Source: a bacterium
Lineage (GTDB): Bacteria > UBA8248 > JACPRG01 > G963555815
Length of the DNA: 64,000 nt
Assembly (NCBI GenBank): GCA_965261595.1
Contig: CBDHDG010000007.1
Span: 768,001 to 832,000 of the forward strand
Reading direction: 5' to 3'
A program made the position numbers and the translations under genes. This document shows, piece by piece, positions 62,766 to 64,000 of this stretch (the first letter of the stretch is position 1; the number at the start of each line of letters is the position of its first letter). A model generated the notes under the pieces. It was not told the DNA's origin. It worked only from the letters and a program-made list of their open reading frames with translations, and searched no databases.

Positions 62766-63610
62766 GGGCGAACCAGGCCATGTATCGGACCGCCACCATG
62801 TGCCGGGTGCTGGGCGTCTCCTCCAGCGGCTACTACGCGTGGCGCAGGCGCGCGCCGTGTGCCCGCTCGTGTGCCGATCGGGCGCTCACCAAACGCATTC
62901 AGGCGATCCACGAGCGTTCTCGGGGGACTTACGGCGTGCCGCGCGTCCATGCCGAGTTGGAGGCTGAGGGAGTGCGTGTGGGCCGCAAGCGCGTCGCCAG
63001 GCTGATGCGTGGGGCGGGACTTGCGGGCGTCAGTCGGCGCAAGGGAGCGCGCACGACGCAGCGCCGGCAGGAGGCGCGGCCGGCCCCTGATCTGGTGGAC
63101 CGCAACTTCACGGCCGAGGCCCCCGACCGGCTGTGGGTGGCCGACATCACCTACGTTCCGACATGGGCGGGGTTTTTGTATCTGGCCGTGGCGCTCGATG
63201 CGTTCAGCCGGCGCATCGTGGGGTGGTCGATGGCCACACACCTGCGGGCCGAGTTGGTGCTCGACGCGCTCGACATGGCGCTGTATAAGCGCCGTCCCCG
63301 GGCCGTCATCCACCACTCCGACCAGGGCACGCAGTACACCTCGGTCGCCTTTGGGCAGCGCTGCCGCCAGGCGGGCGGGCGTCCCTCCATGGGTTCGGTC
63401 GGGGACTGCTACGACAACGCGCTGTGTGAGAGTTTTTTCGCCACGCTGGAGTGCGAGCTCCTCGCTCGCCACAGTTTCCGCACCCGGGCCGAGGCGCGCA
63501 TGGAGGTGTTCGGGTTCATCGAGGGCTTCTACAACCCGCATCGTCGGCACTCCTCCATCGACAACCTGTCACCCGTTAACTACGAAAGGAGACAACAACG
63601 CACACCCTGA
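62762..63610 (+). CDS. IS3 transposase OrfB
   Basis: WVADITY, HHSDQG.QY, DNALCESFF (intact DDE). Confidence 0.92.
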   Translation: MRANQAMYRTATMCRVLGVSSSGYYAWRRRAPCARSCADRALTKRIQAIHERSRGTYGVPRVHAELEAEGVRVGRKRVARLMRGAGLAGVSRRKGARTTQRRQEARPAPDLVDRNFTAEAPDRLWVADITYVPTWAGFLYLAVALDAFSRRIVGWSMATHLRAELVLDALDMALYKRRPRAVIHHSDQGTQYTSVAFGQRCRQAGGRPSMGSVGDCYDNALCESFFATLECELLARHSFRTRAEARMEVFGFIEGFYNPHRRHSSIDNLSPVNYERRQQRTP

Positions 63611-64000
63611 AAACCCAAGTGCTTAACTCTCCACGAAACCGGGGTAAGTCCAGGTGCAATTGGGGTTGGATTGGCATATAAATCCCTTGTGTTGCAAAAG
63701 ACTCCGGACTTTTCACTCGGGCAGACAACATCATCCGAGCAAGAGGAGGAGCAATTACGCGGGGAAGCGAGGGATGAAGCGGAAGTTGCGAGATTGTTAA
63801 AGGAAAAGGAGAACCGGAACGCCAATCCATAACTTCCTCTATGGTGCTCAAGATTCCCACCACACACCCTGCTCATTTTTTCAGTGGTCTGCCCCCGTGG
63901 AACGCGACCCAAGCTGGAAGGTTGGAGAATTTGGAAACCGGGTTTGGGTTTCCTTTTGTCCTGAGGGTTGGTGGGAAATTTCCATCGCCAGGGAAAATCA

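Larger units (their letters stand above)
62393..63652 (+). mobile_element. Different IS3-family element (1260 bp)
   Basis: IRs TGGAGTTGACCCGGTTTGGTGGA / TCCACGAAACCGGGGTAAGTCCA. Confidence 0.92.

Noticed and set aside
1..64000. Genome-wide stop-codon reassignment
   Set aside because: TGA and TAG both terminate many well-defined genes at expected C-termini

Overview
GC-rich bacterial chromosomal window with about 50 CDS, mostly transport and catabolic genes plus several mobile elements. Many single-base indels, often in homopolymers, suggest an error-prone long-read assembly, so individual 'pseudogene' calls are uncertain. Highlights: (1) A diversity-generating retroelement (DGR) core on the minus strand: an RT with IGNLTSQ/YVDD motifs followed directly by an AAC/AAT-rich CLec/FGE-type template repeat. 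Its 5' end is cut by an IS3 element, and no avd or target gene is in the window. (2) A P1B-type ATPase with an atypical YPC motif whose annotated TGA stop falls on the first Cys of a C-terminal GMH-U-GGC HMA domain, followed by a SECIS-like hairpin (probable selenoprotein), behind a MerR-type operator. (3) An orphan ~290-nt candidate structured RNA with a sigma70 promoter and a perfect 13-bp closing stem. (4) A decayed IS1/IS1595-like element with an 8-bp TSD and NrdR-box-like subterminal repeats that holds an IS1380 and has rewritten the C-terminus of a thermonuclease. (5) A double-UbiD / amidohydrolase / NMT1 catabolic cluster between two inverted IS3 copies. (6) Several MITE and REP-like repeat families. 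No rRNA, tRNA or CRISPR array was recognised.
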